A DNA stretch of 64,000 nucleotides, from contig NC_058373.1 in NCBI RefSeq assembly GCF_018350175.1, positions 101,372,001 to 101,436,000 on the forward strand. The letters run 5' to 3'. The notes under the pieces were generated by a model. The model saw only the letters and a program-made list of their open reading frames with translations. It ran no database searches and was not told the origin of the DNA. The stretch's first letter is position 1. The number at the start of each line of letters is the position of its first letter. Both the position numbers and the translations under genes were made by a program. Below are positions 11,525 through 23,230 of this stretch, in pieces. The stretch comes from Felis catus. Lineage: Eukaryota.

Positions 11525-13562
11525 AACCTTACAGTGCTCACTTGCATATGCCTATCCACATCACTCCTCCCCATATCTGCTTATCCTCAGTATTCCAATT
11601 GTTCTCATTCAGACCCCTGACCAATCAGCCAAGCGGTTTGCAACTGCTCATAAATCGGTATATGTTCTTCCTTTGGCCACTTCTCCTCCTACACAAAGTG
11701 GACGATGTGCTGCACTGCCCAAAGGTGTGTTAACTGGGAGAATTTCCCCTCGTATGGCCATGTAGCAAACCAACACATCGACAACCAAGCTTGGTCTTTT
11801 GCCTCTTTTGTCAGCTGGTCATAAAAGACTATGTATGTGACCACACAGGTAAGATGAGGGCGGAAACTATGCAATAGCAGTAGATGACATGGGAGTGTGG
11901 GCCCCTTGCTCATGCAGTCTAGTTGTGTCCTATGGTCCTGCTCATGCCCATTCCCAGATGTACCACCTTTTACCTTATAACGGATTGCTGCTGGGATGTC
12001 TTAACTTATGACTTGGTGGGTCTGTTAGAACCCAGGTAATGGTGGACACTTCTGGCCACTCAAAGTTCCATGAGTAGGTGCTCTCTCTCTACCAGAATCC
12101 AAAAGCATAACAGGACCTAATTTTCAATTAATATATCATTTTCCATGGTAGGTGGCATGACATTGCTTCAGAAACCCTAGGTGTTTACATTGTGATTCTC
12201 CTACTAGGACTTGCCATACACTCCACACAACATCACTCCTTACTGCAGATAATAGCACAGGGTCTGTCCGATCATGTGGCCAAATAGGCAGGACCGTTTA
12301 CACCACAGCTTGGATATGCTACATATCCATTTATTGCATTAAGCCCCATTCTAAGCTGGAAACCTTTCATGTCACCTTGTTCCCCAGTCATAGAATATGC
12401 TACTTCTAGAATGTAAAGAGCCTGCTAAGCATTCTGCTTCCTTATTAGTGGTAGGATGTGAAAAACACAATAATTTGTCAAGATCAATGGATTCCTGAAA
12501 ACTCTACTGACATACCAGGTCCCTGAATATTCATGAAGTTTATCTCTTACCCTTTACAGTATATGTGCCACACCAAGTGCTTCAATGTATTTGCCACTTC
12601 ATAATCATCCAGTCTTATTAACACAATGTCAATGATACCATGGAATAACCTATGGAATATCTAGAGAGTCCAGGGCTCTTCAGACTATATTATGACAGAT
12701 GACACAGCCATGGGACAAGACAGTAAGTGTATATACTATCGTTAGCCCTATGTGAATGCAAACTACTTCTGGTCCTCCTTCCTGATGAAGATGAAACAAA
12801 CATATCTGCCAGATCAGTGGCTGAATGCCAGGTACTTGAGGCCGTGTTAATCTGTTCTAGCAAAGATACCACATCTGGCACAGCAGCTGTAATAGAGACT
12901 ACCACTTGGTTGAGCTGGTGATAGTTTACCTTTATCTTCCAGGATCGGTCTGGCTTTGTAGGGGCCAGACTGGGAAACTAAAGAAAGAAGATATGTAAAG
13001 ACCATGACCCCTGCATCCTTTAGATCTTTAAGACTGGCACTAATCTCTACAATTCCCTCTGGTATGCAATATTGTTTCTACTTACTGCCTTGGCTGGGAG
13101 CAGGGGTTTCAGAGGCTTCCACCTGGTCTTTCCCCACTGCGATAGTTCTTATCAGAGGTCAAGGGACCAATATGGGGTTTGGTCAACTACCATGTAAGTC
13201 CATTCCAACTATGCATTGAAGGTTTGGGGAAGTGGCTACCTGGTGAGTCCATGGTCCCAGGGGATCCCCTGTGAGTCAAAGGTGGGCCAGGGTCCCACTG
13301 ATCACCTGGTCTCCATATGTCATCTCTCTAAAAGAGGGATAATGATGACTTTCAGGTCCCAGTTGTTAATTTCAGTTTAAATCCTATGCTCAACAGTCCT
13401 CCAATGTCCATAAACTGCCCTTTCCTCATTGTATGGTTACTCAATGAAATAGCCATAGGTCTCTTTGGAGAAGGACTGTAGGAATCATTACCATATACCC
13501 TTCTGCCTGTGAATTTCAGGTCTGCACACTGACTCAGATATGGAAACTGGGAGAAGAAGCAT
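11525..13562 (-). mobile_element. ERVL (HERV16/ERV3-16A3-like) internal region: decayed pro-pol (RT, RNase H)
   Basis: Minus-strand peptides VVSITAAVPDVVSLLEQINTASSTWHSATDLADMF (ERVL RT) and YDQLTKEAKDQAW...EGKFSQL (RNase H). HGIIDIVLI at ~12620-12645 aligns to HYIDDIMLI. Many stops and frameshifts. Confidence 0.9.
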
Positions 13563-14283
13563 GACTTTATAAATTTTACATTTTTTTAATGTAGCATTTT
13601 TAATTAGCTTTCTGATAAAATTTACAGATAAAGTTCACCCATTCTCAGTGTACCATTCACTGAGTTATAATAAATGTAGTTATATAACTATCACTGAGAT
13701 GAAAATATGGAACATTTCCATCATCCCAAAAAGTTCCCTTGTGCTCTTTGTAGTCAATTCTCCCTTCCTCATTCCCAGCTCCTGGCAGCCTCTCCTCTGC
13801 TTTTGGTTACTTGTAGCTTTGCCTTTTCTAGAATGCCACAGAAGTGCAATCATATAGTATGTAATGTTTTGTGTCTTTTTCTTAACATAATGATTCCATG
13901 TTGTTGCATGTATCAGTACCTCATTCTTTTTCATTGCGGAGTAGTGGTCTGTTATATGGATATACCACAACATGTTTACCAATTCGTCAGTTGGTAGGCA
14001 TTTGGGTTGTTTCCAATCTGGGGTTATTATGAATATACTTTCTATGATTGTTTGCATGCAGGTCTTTGTATAGACAGATGTCTTTATTTCTGTTTGGTAA
14101 AAATACTCACCAATGGGGTTACTGAGTTTATAGTTAGTATATGTTTAACTGTATAAGAAACTGCCAACTGTTTTCAAAGTGGTTGTACCATTTTACTTTT
14201 CTCACCAGCAGCTACATGACAGTTACTGTTGCACCATATCCCTGACTTCCTATGGTTAATCTTTGCTAAATTTCAAATACTTT

Positions 14284-14493
14284 TTTTTTTCAACGTTTAT
14301 TTATTTTTGGGACAGAGAGAGACAGAGCATGAACGGGGGAGGGGCAGAGAGAGAGGGAGACACAGAATCGGAAGCAGGCTCCAGGCTCTGAGCCATCAGC
14401 CCAGAGCCTGATGCGGGGCTCGAACTCACGGACCGCGAGATCGTGACCTGGCTGAAGTCGGACGCTTAACCGACTGCGCCACCCAGGCGCCCC
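14284..14493 (-). mobile_element. Young felid CanSINE (SINEC_Fc)
   Basis: Near-consensus with CpGs intact. Perfect 16-bp TSD AAATTTCAAATACTTT at 14268-14283 and 14495-14510. Confidence 0.97.
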
Positions 14494-14789
14494 AAAATTT
14501 CAAATACTTTAACCATGTATAGTGGCTATGCATTAATGCTCCTAACATGTTTCCCTAATGGCTAATGATGTTGAGCACATTTTTATTGCTAATTTGCCAT
14601 TTAAATATGTTCTTTGTTCAAGTGTCTTTTCAAATCTCTTGTCCATTTAATAGACTGCATTTTTTCAATTCTTACTGAGTTGTAAGAGTACTTTATACAT
14701 TTTGGTTACAAGTCATTTATCAGATATGTGTTTTGCAAATATTTTCTCCCAGTCTGGCTTTCTTTACACTTTCTCAACACTATTTTTTT

Positions 14790-15004
14790 TATTTTTTTAA
14801 CGTTTATTTATTATTGAGAAACAGAGAAACACAGAGCGTGAGCAGGGGAGGGGTAGAGAGAGGGGAAGACACAGAATCCGAAGCAGGCTCCAGGATCTGA
14901 GCTGTCAGCACAGAGCCTGATGCGGGGCTCGAACTCACAAACTGCGAGATCATGACCTGAGCCAAAGTAGGTCGCCTAAACACTGAGCCACACCCAGGCG
15001 CCCC
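14790..15004 (-). mobile_element. Felid CanSINE (SINEC_Fc2-like)
   Basis: Typical body; TSD TCAACA(C/G)TATTTTTTT. Confidence 0.95.
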
Positions 15005-15296
15005 TCAACAGTATTTTTTTGAAGAGCAAGAGCTTTTAATTGAGAAAGTCAATAATATTGTTTTTCTTTTATGGGTTCAAGCTTTTTGTGTTTTATCTAA
15101 AAAATCTCTGCCTAATTCAAGATCACACAGATATTCTTCTATGGTTTTTTTTCTCTAGAAGCTTGATAGTTTTTGATTCTATGTTTAGATCTATAATCCA
15201 TTTCAAGTAAATTTTCGTATATGATATAAGGGTCAAGTTTCATTTTCATTTTCTTATGACCATTCAATTGTTTGAGCACCATTTCTTAAAAGGATT

Positions 15297-16453
15297 GTGA
15301 CTTTTTATTGAGGCGGCTACCCTCAACTTTCTGATTCTCTACCTCTTATTTATTTTAATTGTATAAATTAAGCAACACACTTTTAAACTGCCCAATTATC
15401 TTTAAGGGATGCTGTGTCTTCTCATCAATTCCATAGTTCTCTATGGGTCAGTTTCCTTTGGCAGACACTTGTTATGATAATTATACTCACCTGCTTCTGA
15501 CACTCTCTGTATCACAGAGAGTGCTCCCATACTGATAAGCTCTCCTACGTCCAACTTTTGGTTCCACTCCCCCTGCCTCCCACGACCACCACTTTGATCC
15601 AACATCCTCAGGATCCACTCCCAGGAACTCTCCTGACTCCTGGACTGATCAATGCATGTCAATTGGTTCCTATAGTTGTTCCCTTCCTTAGCAAGCCCAG
15701 CACTTTCCTGGCTGGACTGGACTGTGACCTAATCATAGTTATAGTCTAGTAGCCAGGAGTAGAGTTAGTTATATCCTGAGAAGGATATATGTCTTTTAAT
15801 GCAAAGACCTCTGCCTCAGTTTCAAGCAATGGGATGGTTCTAGGCTTAACAGGAGAGAGTGGGCCACTTTTTCAGGCCCAAAGGGTTCAAGGCAACCTCA
15901 GTTTTTAAGATTCTCAAGTGTGTCAACCCAGAATCCCATTCGTTCCCAGGCAGAGCACTGCCCTTGGTATAAAAGATTTGCCAAGGTTGAAAATTCAACC
16001 TTCTGTGGAACTCTGTTGTCCTGAAAATTAAGTTTTGACCTCAACACTCAGATTTTTCTATCCTCTGGCTGCAAGAGATGAACCTCTTCACATTCTACTG
16101 AAAAGGTCCTCTGACTTTTGCACTTCCATTGATGCCCCCTCAGCCTTTCATTGTTTTTTTTCCAGGGCATTGATAGCCCACAGCAAGAGACATACAATTC
16201 CACTGCTATTATAATTACTATATCCTCCAAACCTCTTAAACAATTAAGACATCACACTACCATTGCTGTCCTTTTTATCAGTGTTTCATCTCTGTTTACC
16301 ACCAATAATTTTATTGCAACAGGATGCCAGGAGCTATGTATACTGCACCTACCACCAACGAATGGGTCTCCTCATTATGAGCCAGCCAGTGGTCATCTCA
16401 TGCCCAAAAATCCATTTTAGAGTTTTCTTCCTAAAGCCATTCCTGATACTAAA
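15297..16453 (-). mobile_element. ERVL internal region: leader and decayed gag, with a PBS remnant
   Basis: Minus ORF SWEWILRMLDQ...KLDVGELISMGALS matches ERVL gag WEWILRV..IKLDQAEFIDMG.LS. TAGTATCAGGAATGG next to the LTR resembles the tRNA-Leu PBS (TGGTACCAGGAGTGG). Confidence 0.85.
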
Positions 16454-17321
16454 TGTCATACATCAGATTCCCTTGAAAATGGATTCTGAGATACAGATTT
16501 TTATGCAGGAGGTCTACTGTAGAATACTCTCAATGACAATATCTCGAGGAGAGTGAGGACTAGACAGAGAAAGAACTTGTACCTCAAGGGCCTCAGCAAA
16601 CACTGCAGGAGTGCTCTGAGCTGGGACAGCCCTTCAGAGATACCCCAGACTGAGGCCAGGATTCTGGACACTGTACTCCCCTTACCAACCAGTTGTTGGA
16701 TGCAGGCTGCCCCTACTTGGGGTGTAACTTTCAGTGAAGCAACTGTGCATTAATTTGCTGGGCCTGCCAAAACAAAATACCAGACTAGGTGGCTTGAACA
16801 ACATAAATTCATTTTCTCATATTCTGGAAACCAGAAGTCCCAGATCAAAGCATGGCATGGTTGCTTTCTCCTGAGGTCTCTCTCCTTGGCTTCCAGATGG
16901 CTGTCTTCTTGCTGCCTCTTCACAACACCCTCAGGATCCAGGACCAAGCAATTCTTCTGTCCCTCTGTGTATGCACGCCTGTGGTGTCTCTCTATATGTC
17001 CTAATCTCTTTTGATAAAGAAGTCAGATTGCATTAGAGCCCACCCTAAGGGTCTCATTTTAACATCGTTGCCTCTTATAACAGTCCCATCTCAAAATACA
17101 GTCACATTCTGAGGTTGGGGGGCAGGGGGAGGTTAAGGTTTCAACATCTGCATTTTGGGGAGACAGAATTCAGTCTATGACAAGCTCCTTTCAGTCAAGG
17201 ACAACTTCTGGAGACAGATTCAGCTCTGAGCCATCATTGGTCAACACTGCTGGCACCTGGGGGAATTAGTGTCTTCATCTTTAAGAGAAGGTCTGGGGGG
17301 AGCACCGCAGTGTCCACTATA
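16454..17321 (-). mobile_element. LTR16C-like 5' LTR of the ERVL provirus (split by MLT1A)
   Basis: TCTGAGCTGGGACAGCCCTTCAGAG...TTGGATGCAGGCTGCCC and GGTCTGGGGGGAGCACCGCAGTGTCCACTATA match LTR16C on the reverse strand. It abuts the PBS. Confidence 0.8.
16746..17182 (-). mobile_element. MLT1A/MLT1A0-like MaLR solo LTR
   Basis: TGCATTAATTTGCTGGGCCTGCCAAAACAAAATACCAGACTAGGTGGCTT...TTTTGGGGAGACAGAATTCAGTCTATGACA. Confidence 0.88.
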
Positions 17322-17959
17322 GTGATGGTAATAATAGCTCTAATAAGAAATATAAACACAACTAGCTAACACTCTTTGGGCATTATATTGTGCCAGGCCC
17401 AGGAATATTTCTTCATATGTCTTATCCTATTTAATCCTAACCTAGGAAAATGCTCTCTCTTCCCTGAAATCTCTGTAGTAACAAACAACAGCTTCAAAAT
17501 CCCTAGCACATAGTACTCTCTATATAGCGAGTCTCACTTTTTAATATCCTAGTGTATATCTCTTGCCCCTTCCTGATTTATAGTTATTAAAGAAATAGCT
17601 GTTGAATTTAATTCATCATTTTACTAGAGAGAAGGTACCTTTATGTTAGGCTTTGTATTCCTCTACAATATATAGACATAACTGGTTTCATTACTCCATT
17701 TCAGCCATTTTGGTAGGCAGAGAATTATTTACTTGAGTGAACTGTCAAGATAATAGAGTTGAAAAATAATGACAGATAAGGCTGGGTCAAGGTGCTTTGC
17801 ATAGTTCTGGAGGTATCAAGTCATGCTAGGAGGAATATTGTTCAGTTAATTAACATAGCAGAGTCATATCAGAACCATCTGGACTTGAACATGTATTATA
17901 GTGGTCCTAAGAACTCCCTGTGGCAGCCTTTGGTCCAGCTCTGTATTCTCTAGTGGTAT

Positions 17960-18070
17960 CTATTCATTCTTCAGATTTTCACTGAACATCTATTATGTGC
18001 CAGACACTGTAGTTAGCTTTGTAGTAGACAAAATATGCACGACCTCTGTCCTCATGCAGTTTGCAGTCAT
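17960..18070 (-). mobile_element. L2 3' tail fragment
   Basis: ACTGAACATCTATTATGTGCCAGACACTGT...CTCTGTCCTCATGCAGTTTGCAGTC. Confidence 0.65.
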
Positions 18071-18554
18071 TTTACCAGCAAGTAGGATCCATACAGGTGT
18101 CCTGTTGGTCTCAAAGTTTCAACTAAAATATCAAATTGGAGAAGATGAAGACAAATCTAAAACATCTAATTAGAAATTCAGCTGATTCTCATGTTTTTGT
18201 CTATTCTAATATACTAAGTTCTAAGAACCCTGGAAGGTCTTAGTGGTCAATTTCTTCCACCATTCATTTCAGAACATGGCTAGGCATCTACACCATACAG
18301 ATGACCTTTTGTTCTTGAGGGTGGAAAGACTTGGGGATGGTGGCTAAGTTAACAAGCTACTTCCAGATAGTTTAAACTCAATCAACACCTAGTGGAAGTG
18401 ATTATGTCTGACAATCTAGATGTTACAAACATCAAGCCAGAAGAGAAGCTGGTAGTGAAACAGAAGTATTCTGAGGTATTTTCAGAAAGTATACACCACA
18501 GTCAATAACAATGAGAACAATGATCAGCAAAAAAAAAAAAAAAAAAAAAAAAAA

Positions 18555-18790
18555 GTCATAATAATTGAGCTATGTACTAACACAAAAAACATCTCATTAT
18601 TTTATCTAATCCTCACAATAACTCTATGTGTGAAGTAGGTGTCATTTTCTCATGTTTATAAATAAGGAAAGGTAAGGTGTAGAAATATTAAATAATCTTC
18701 CCAATTCATAAAGTAAAAGTGCTATGCTGGGCACTTAAACACAAATTCATCTGACTCTAAAGCTGGGTTCTTCCCCATGGTATCATTATC
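18555..18790 (-). mobile_element. MIR, flanked by an A26 tract (18529-18554)
   Basis: TTATCTAATCCTCACAATAACTCTATG...GTAGGTGTCATTTTCTCATGTTTATAAATAAGGAAA...TCTGACTCTAAAGC. Confidence 0.75.
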
Positions 18791-19402
18791 ACTCCCCAAA
18801 TTATGGTGTTCTCCCCATGACATAATCCTTCAATATTACTACCAATTCTTGGTTATCTCCAAGAGAAAACAAATGAACTACCAAATGATTCCCAAATCCC
18901 AATGGCTTATATAGTAAAAGTTTATTTCTTACTCATGAAAATTTTCATAAGGATATTTCTTGATGGGCATCTCTCCTGAGCAGCTAACCCCCAGGTGATG
19001 CCTCAAGTGTCCAATCTACTTTAACCTTGTGAAGTCACCATGAAAAGAAAAAAAAAATGTGAGCAAGGCACATAGAATGCTTAACCACCCTAGTCTGGTG
19101 GCCATAACTTGTCACCTAAGCACATTAAAATTCAAAGGAGCTAAAAAAAGAGTTCTCAGGTAGATAGCTGCAACTTAGCCAAAACTCTACATTGTTCTAC
19201 ATTGCAGAAGGACATCCCATGCCTTTGGGTGGGCAGGTAGCTCTTTCTGTCACAGCTGGTGTCAGCTAGTTTGGGCTTCTGAAAAGCTTATAAAAAGCAA
19301 GATTTCTCAAATAGTTTTTTGTACCGGAAACTTTTGCTATACTTAATTATGATACAAATCAATATGTTGTCCCATGCATTTGATTGGATGAATTAACCAA
19401 CC

Positions 19403-19860
19403 TATATTGGGTTGAATGGGTCCCCCTCCCCCAATAACAAGGTATGTCTACCTGGAAATTGTGAATGTGACCTTATTTGATAAAGGGTCTTCACAAATGT
19501 AATTGAGTTAAGAATCTTGAGATGAGATCATCCTGGATTAACTGGGTAGACCCTAAATCCAATGACACCTGTTATTATAAGATACATATAAGAAAAGAAG
19601 GCCACATGAAAATGGGAGCAGAAATTGGAGTGATGCCACAATAAGCCAAGGAGTGCCTGGAGCCACTATAAGCTAGAAGAGGCAAAAAAAAAAAAAAAAA
19701 AAAAAAAAAAGAAGAATTCTCTCCTAAAGCCTTCAAGAAAAAAACATGGCCTTGCTGACATCTTGATTTTGGACTTCTGGCCTCCAGAGAATAAATCTCT
19801 GTTGTTTTAAGCTATCAAGTCTGTGGTCATTTGTTATGGCAACTCTAGGAAATTAATACA
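19403..19860 (+). mobile_element. MLT1B-like MaLR solo LTR
   Basis: GGGTTGAATGGGTCCCCC...GTGAATGTGACCTTATTTG...TTTGTTATGGCAACTCTAGGAAATTAATACA. 5-bp TSD CAACC/CAGCC and an internal A27 tract. Confidence 0.88.
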
Positions 19861-19873
19861 CAGCCTAAAGACA

Positions 19874-20173
19874 TGTAATTAACTGAACTGTGTCCCCTCT
19901 AATTCATATGTTGAAGCCCTAATTGAATAGGACTAGCACCCCTTTAAGAAGAGGAAGAGACACCAGGGATACATGTGCTCAAAAAAAATGTCATATGGTG
20001 AAACAGCAAGAAGACAGCCATCTTCAAGCCAAGGAGAGAGACCTCAGGAGAAAGCAAACCCACTGACACCTTGATCTTAGACTCTCAACCTCCAGAACTG
20101 TAAGAAATAAATTTCTGTTGTTTAAGCTACCCAATCTGTGATATTTTATTATGGTAGCTTTAGTGGATCAACA
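19874..20173 (+). mobile_element. MLT1A0-like MaLR solo LTR with internal deletion
   Basis: CTGAACTGTGTCCCCTCTAATTCATATGTTGAAGCCCTAA...AAGCCAAGGAGAGAGACCTCAGGAGAAA...AATAAATTTCTGTTGTTTAAGCTACCCAATCTGTG. Confidence 0.85.
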
Positions 20174-20361
20174 GAAGGTGTGACAGACTTTCTACAGGTA
20201 GGACTACTAATGAAAGAGCCAGGAGACCCAGGGCGTTAGCATTTGATTGAATACTTCTAATTTGATAAGCAAACAAACATAGTCATAAGCCAAAAGCATG
20301 TGTGGTATAGGTTTCTTACCTATGACAAATGTTTCACATCGTGCCTAGTGCAAGGTAAACA

Positions 20362-20510
20362 CCATTTCCTCAATTCTAAGACAAACTTTTAATTGTTTCA
20401 CTTCTGCTACAGGACAGATACAACCAGTAAACATATTTGTCATTAAAATCTATCCTTAAATGGTGGTTCTTCTTACAACTGATGGTATCTTGGAATCAAG
20501 GAAATCAAGT
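20362..20510. mobile_element. Tigger-type (TcMar) MITE with terminal inverted repeats
   Basis: ATTTCCTCAATTCTAAGACA (20364-20383) and TATCTTGGAATCAAGGAAAT (20486-20505) are reverse complements at 16/20 positions. Confidence 0.6.
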
Positions 20511-20527
20511 GTATACAATCAGGAGTA

Positions 20528-20627
20528 CCGATTGTGCTGACCTCTCCCGACTCCAGCTGGCAGCCTGAAACCAACCCCAGTAGGAATATTTACACCATGG
20601 AAATTCGCTATTACCAACATGCCAGTG
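20528..20627. mobile_element. MER63-like hAT fragment
   Basis: CCGATTGTGC...GGAATATTTACACCATGGAAATT...TTACCAACATGCCAGTG. Confidence 0.55.
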
Positions 20628-22899
20628 GCCTGGGCACTAACTATTATTATTCCTACCATAGCAGTGAGGAAAGAGGGAGGCTCGGTAAACTACTCTCGCT
20701 AATGCCACGTAGCAGATCTCAGATTGCAGCCAGGGTTTATCCAGTTCCCACAGCACAGGCTCTCCATGCCTGTCCAAGGCTGTCACCCACTTGACTGGTA
20801 TTTAACATAAACCACATCTGCAGTGGTGATTCTGGAACTTCTTAAGCCCTATAATAGGTAGGTTTCCTTTGTCCAATTACTTCAGTTTTGCAGACTGTAC
20901 TGGTGTTCTACCACCTGGCACACGTGACAAAAAGTAAAGCCATTACTATATAAAATGGAAATGAATTTGCCAAAATATATGGGCAATGATCGTCATATCA
21001 TTAAAACTAATACATGTCATAAAATGTTATTGAGATATTTTATGATAGTGCCATAGGTTTATCACTATTAAAACTTGATAACTTAACCCAAGAAACTTGT
21101 TTAAAATTATACAATACATACACTACACAATCATCTGTAATGCGCCCTTGAAGTGAGATACTTCGCATGGCGGTCCTACAAACTTCAGATTATGGTTGTT
21201 ATTCAGGAATGTGTAAACTAAGAGCTGGGGAGGGAGTTCTCGATCCTTTTTCTGGTGGTGGGGGCAGGATGTAGTCTAACTTTATTTCTACTTCCAAAGA
21301 ACAGCAAGTTTACAAGTGTAAGCAGGGCAGGAATTTGGCCCCACTTAAAATGCCTACAACTACCGATTTTGACTAAGCTAAGAAAAAAAGCTGCTTTGAG
21401 GAGATTTCAAAAACAAACAAACAAACAAACAAAAAACCATAAGACCAGAAAATAGACTGCATGTATTTTTCTTACAGCTCACAAATATTCATAGTTTCCT
21501 GAGTACTAGACAAAGAAAAGAACAACGAAAAAAGATTCCTTTTCCCTATTCCTTAAAGCCAGTGGGATAAATAGTTCCCAGCCACTCATTCACTTTCATG
21601 AATGTCAGAAAAGGCAGTTGGGTCTTTAAAAACAAAAGAGCAAGAAAGAAAAAGCAAAATTTGAGATCCTGTGAGTGTCCCCTCATGAAAGGTCTGCAGA
21701 TTCTAGATTGTTTTCAAATCTCTGATGATGGAGCAGAAGCAAAGCACTATATCCCTTTTCCTTATTTTTTTTTTTAAATAATTTACTCAGACTAGTAAGT
21801 GGGATAAATGGGGTAAAATACTGCTTGTCACCATACAATGGACTAAAAGTAATGTCAGAAACAGGACAGAGAGCTTAGGGTCATCAGCACTTCTGGCTAA
21901 TTACCCATCTTTTTCCCCACTCTACATTCTTAAAGGTTTCTTGAAATGAAAACAAAGGAATCCAACCAAAACCAACATTTTGATGAGTAAAGTGTAAATG
22001 AATGAGAAACAGATGGGCTTGGTTTTCCCAGGGGTCTATAAATGAAGGGCAAGGTGCTTGGGGGCAAAATGCATGTGGGGTTTCTCTGGCAAATCTTTCG
22101 CACTGTTAACAAACCCAAAATGCAGCCAAAGTTCTCGAACTGGCATATCCACACATTGGCAGGACTCAATATGAAAGGATCTTGGTGCCAAAGGAGCAGG
22201 CTTTGGAGACCCCCAGGACATTGTTCAGCACCTCACAAATCATATTTTATAGGTGCCAAAGGCAGCTGCAAATCTCACATGTGAGGCCAGAAGTTTTCAT
22301 TCAAGAACCCAGCAATTTTGGCTTTGATCAGAAACCACAGATTGGTGTAAACATTTCCCTTGCCACGTTTTATGATATTTACACTTTACATGGATCCTCT
22401 TGGTTCTGATGATAACAAAGTGCTCTTGTAGGCGTCTTTGTGGAGCAATCCCCACCTCAGCCTTCAGGTGGAGAAACAGCCTAAGGGCAGGGAGAATGAC
22501 GCAGCAAAGGTCAGTCCTAAGTCAGAAGGGGTGAGCTCTCTGTGCATCCAGGCCAAGCCTCTTTCTCTCTCTTTGGGATTAGAATGTCTCCCCACTGTCT
22601 TCCAATCATGTATATATCAAGTTACAGCTCAGAAAGAATGCATTTTCAGTTTTTCATGGGGAGGGGGGAGTGAAGGCCCCAAACCACAGATTATTTGAAA
22701 ACCATCCAAGCTGACTTTGAGATTTTTGAAAATAATTTATTTGGCAATTCCAAGAGCCAGATTGGCCATTTGGCCAAGGTAACATGCCCTTCAGTGCAAA
22801 GACTACAATTAATGGGCCACATCATTCTCTGCTCTCAAGCAACAGAAGCGGCCAGCTGCTGGAGAACGCTGTGCGGTCTTCCAGTGTAAACGCCACTGA

Positions 22900-23230
22900 T
22901 ATCATCACCATCAGAAGGTCATAAAACTGATTGATTATAAACACAGCTCTCATTTGTTTACAGCTTACATTTTTGGGTATGGAGTAATTAGCACATTAGC
23001 CATCTCTCGGGGTGAGGGCTCACAGGTGCTGGGAGAGAGGCTTCCAAGCCAGGAGGGGGTCACAAAGCCTGTCCTTTACGAGAAACGGAGTGGGGAATGC
23101 TGATTCTGCTGCGTGAGGGGTAGGTGATAACACCCACGTGGAGTCACGTGTGTAGGAGGACATTCGACCCCCGCGGTAATTTCCTCCAACATAAGGTAAG
23201 GTTGGAAAAATCCAAGACGCGTCAGCAATG
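22900..23230. promoter_or_regulatory. Candidate enhancer/promoter: HOX/PBX/FOX motif cluster and paired E-boxes
   Basis: GTCATAAAA 22918-22926, TGATTGAT 22928-22935, ATAAACA 22937-22943, TGTTTAC 22955-22961, TAATTA 22985-22990, and CACGTG at 23135 and 23145. Locally retained CpGs in a repeat-free context. Confidence 0.45.

Larger units (their letters stand above)
13570..15296 (-). mobile_element. L1MB7/8-like element (ORF2 3' part and 3' UTR) inserted in the ERVL
   Basis: Minus ORF WKQPKCLPTDELVNMLWYIH...HATTW, an L1MB-type 3' UTR and a T-rich tail at the left. Remnant TSD TGACTTT at ~13562 and ~15298. Confidence 0.88.

Noticed and set aside
12600..12910. Functional reverse transcriptase
   Set aside because: The catalytic YIDD has decayed to GIID and the frame is broken.
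15297..16300. ERVL gag as a co-opted Fv1-like restriction gene
   Set aside because: Only 60-73-codon fragments are open, with multiple stops and frameshifts.
19684..19710. A27 tract (and A26 at 18529-18554) as a tail-only retroposition
   Set aside because: No convincing TSD; simple homopolymer expansion explains it.
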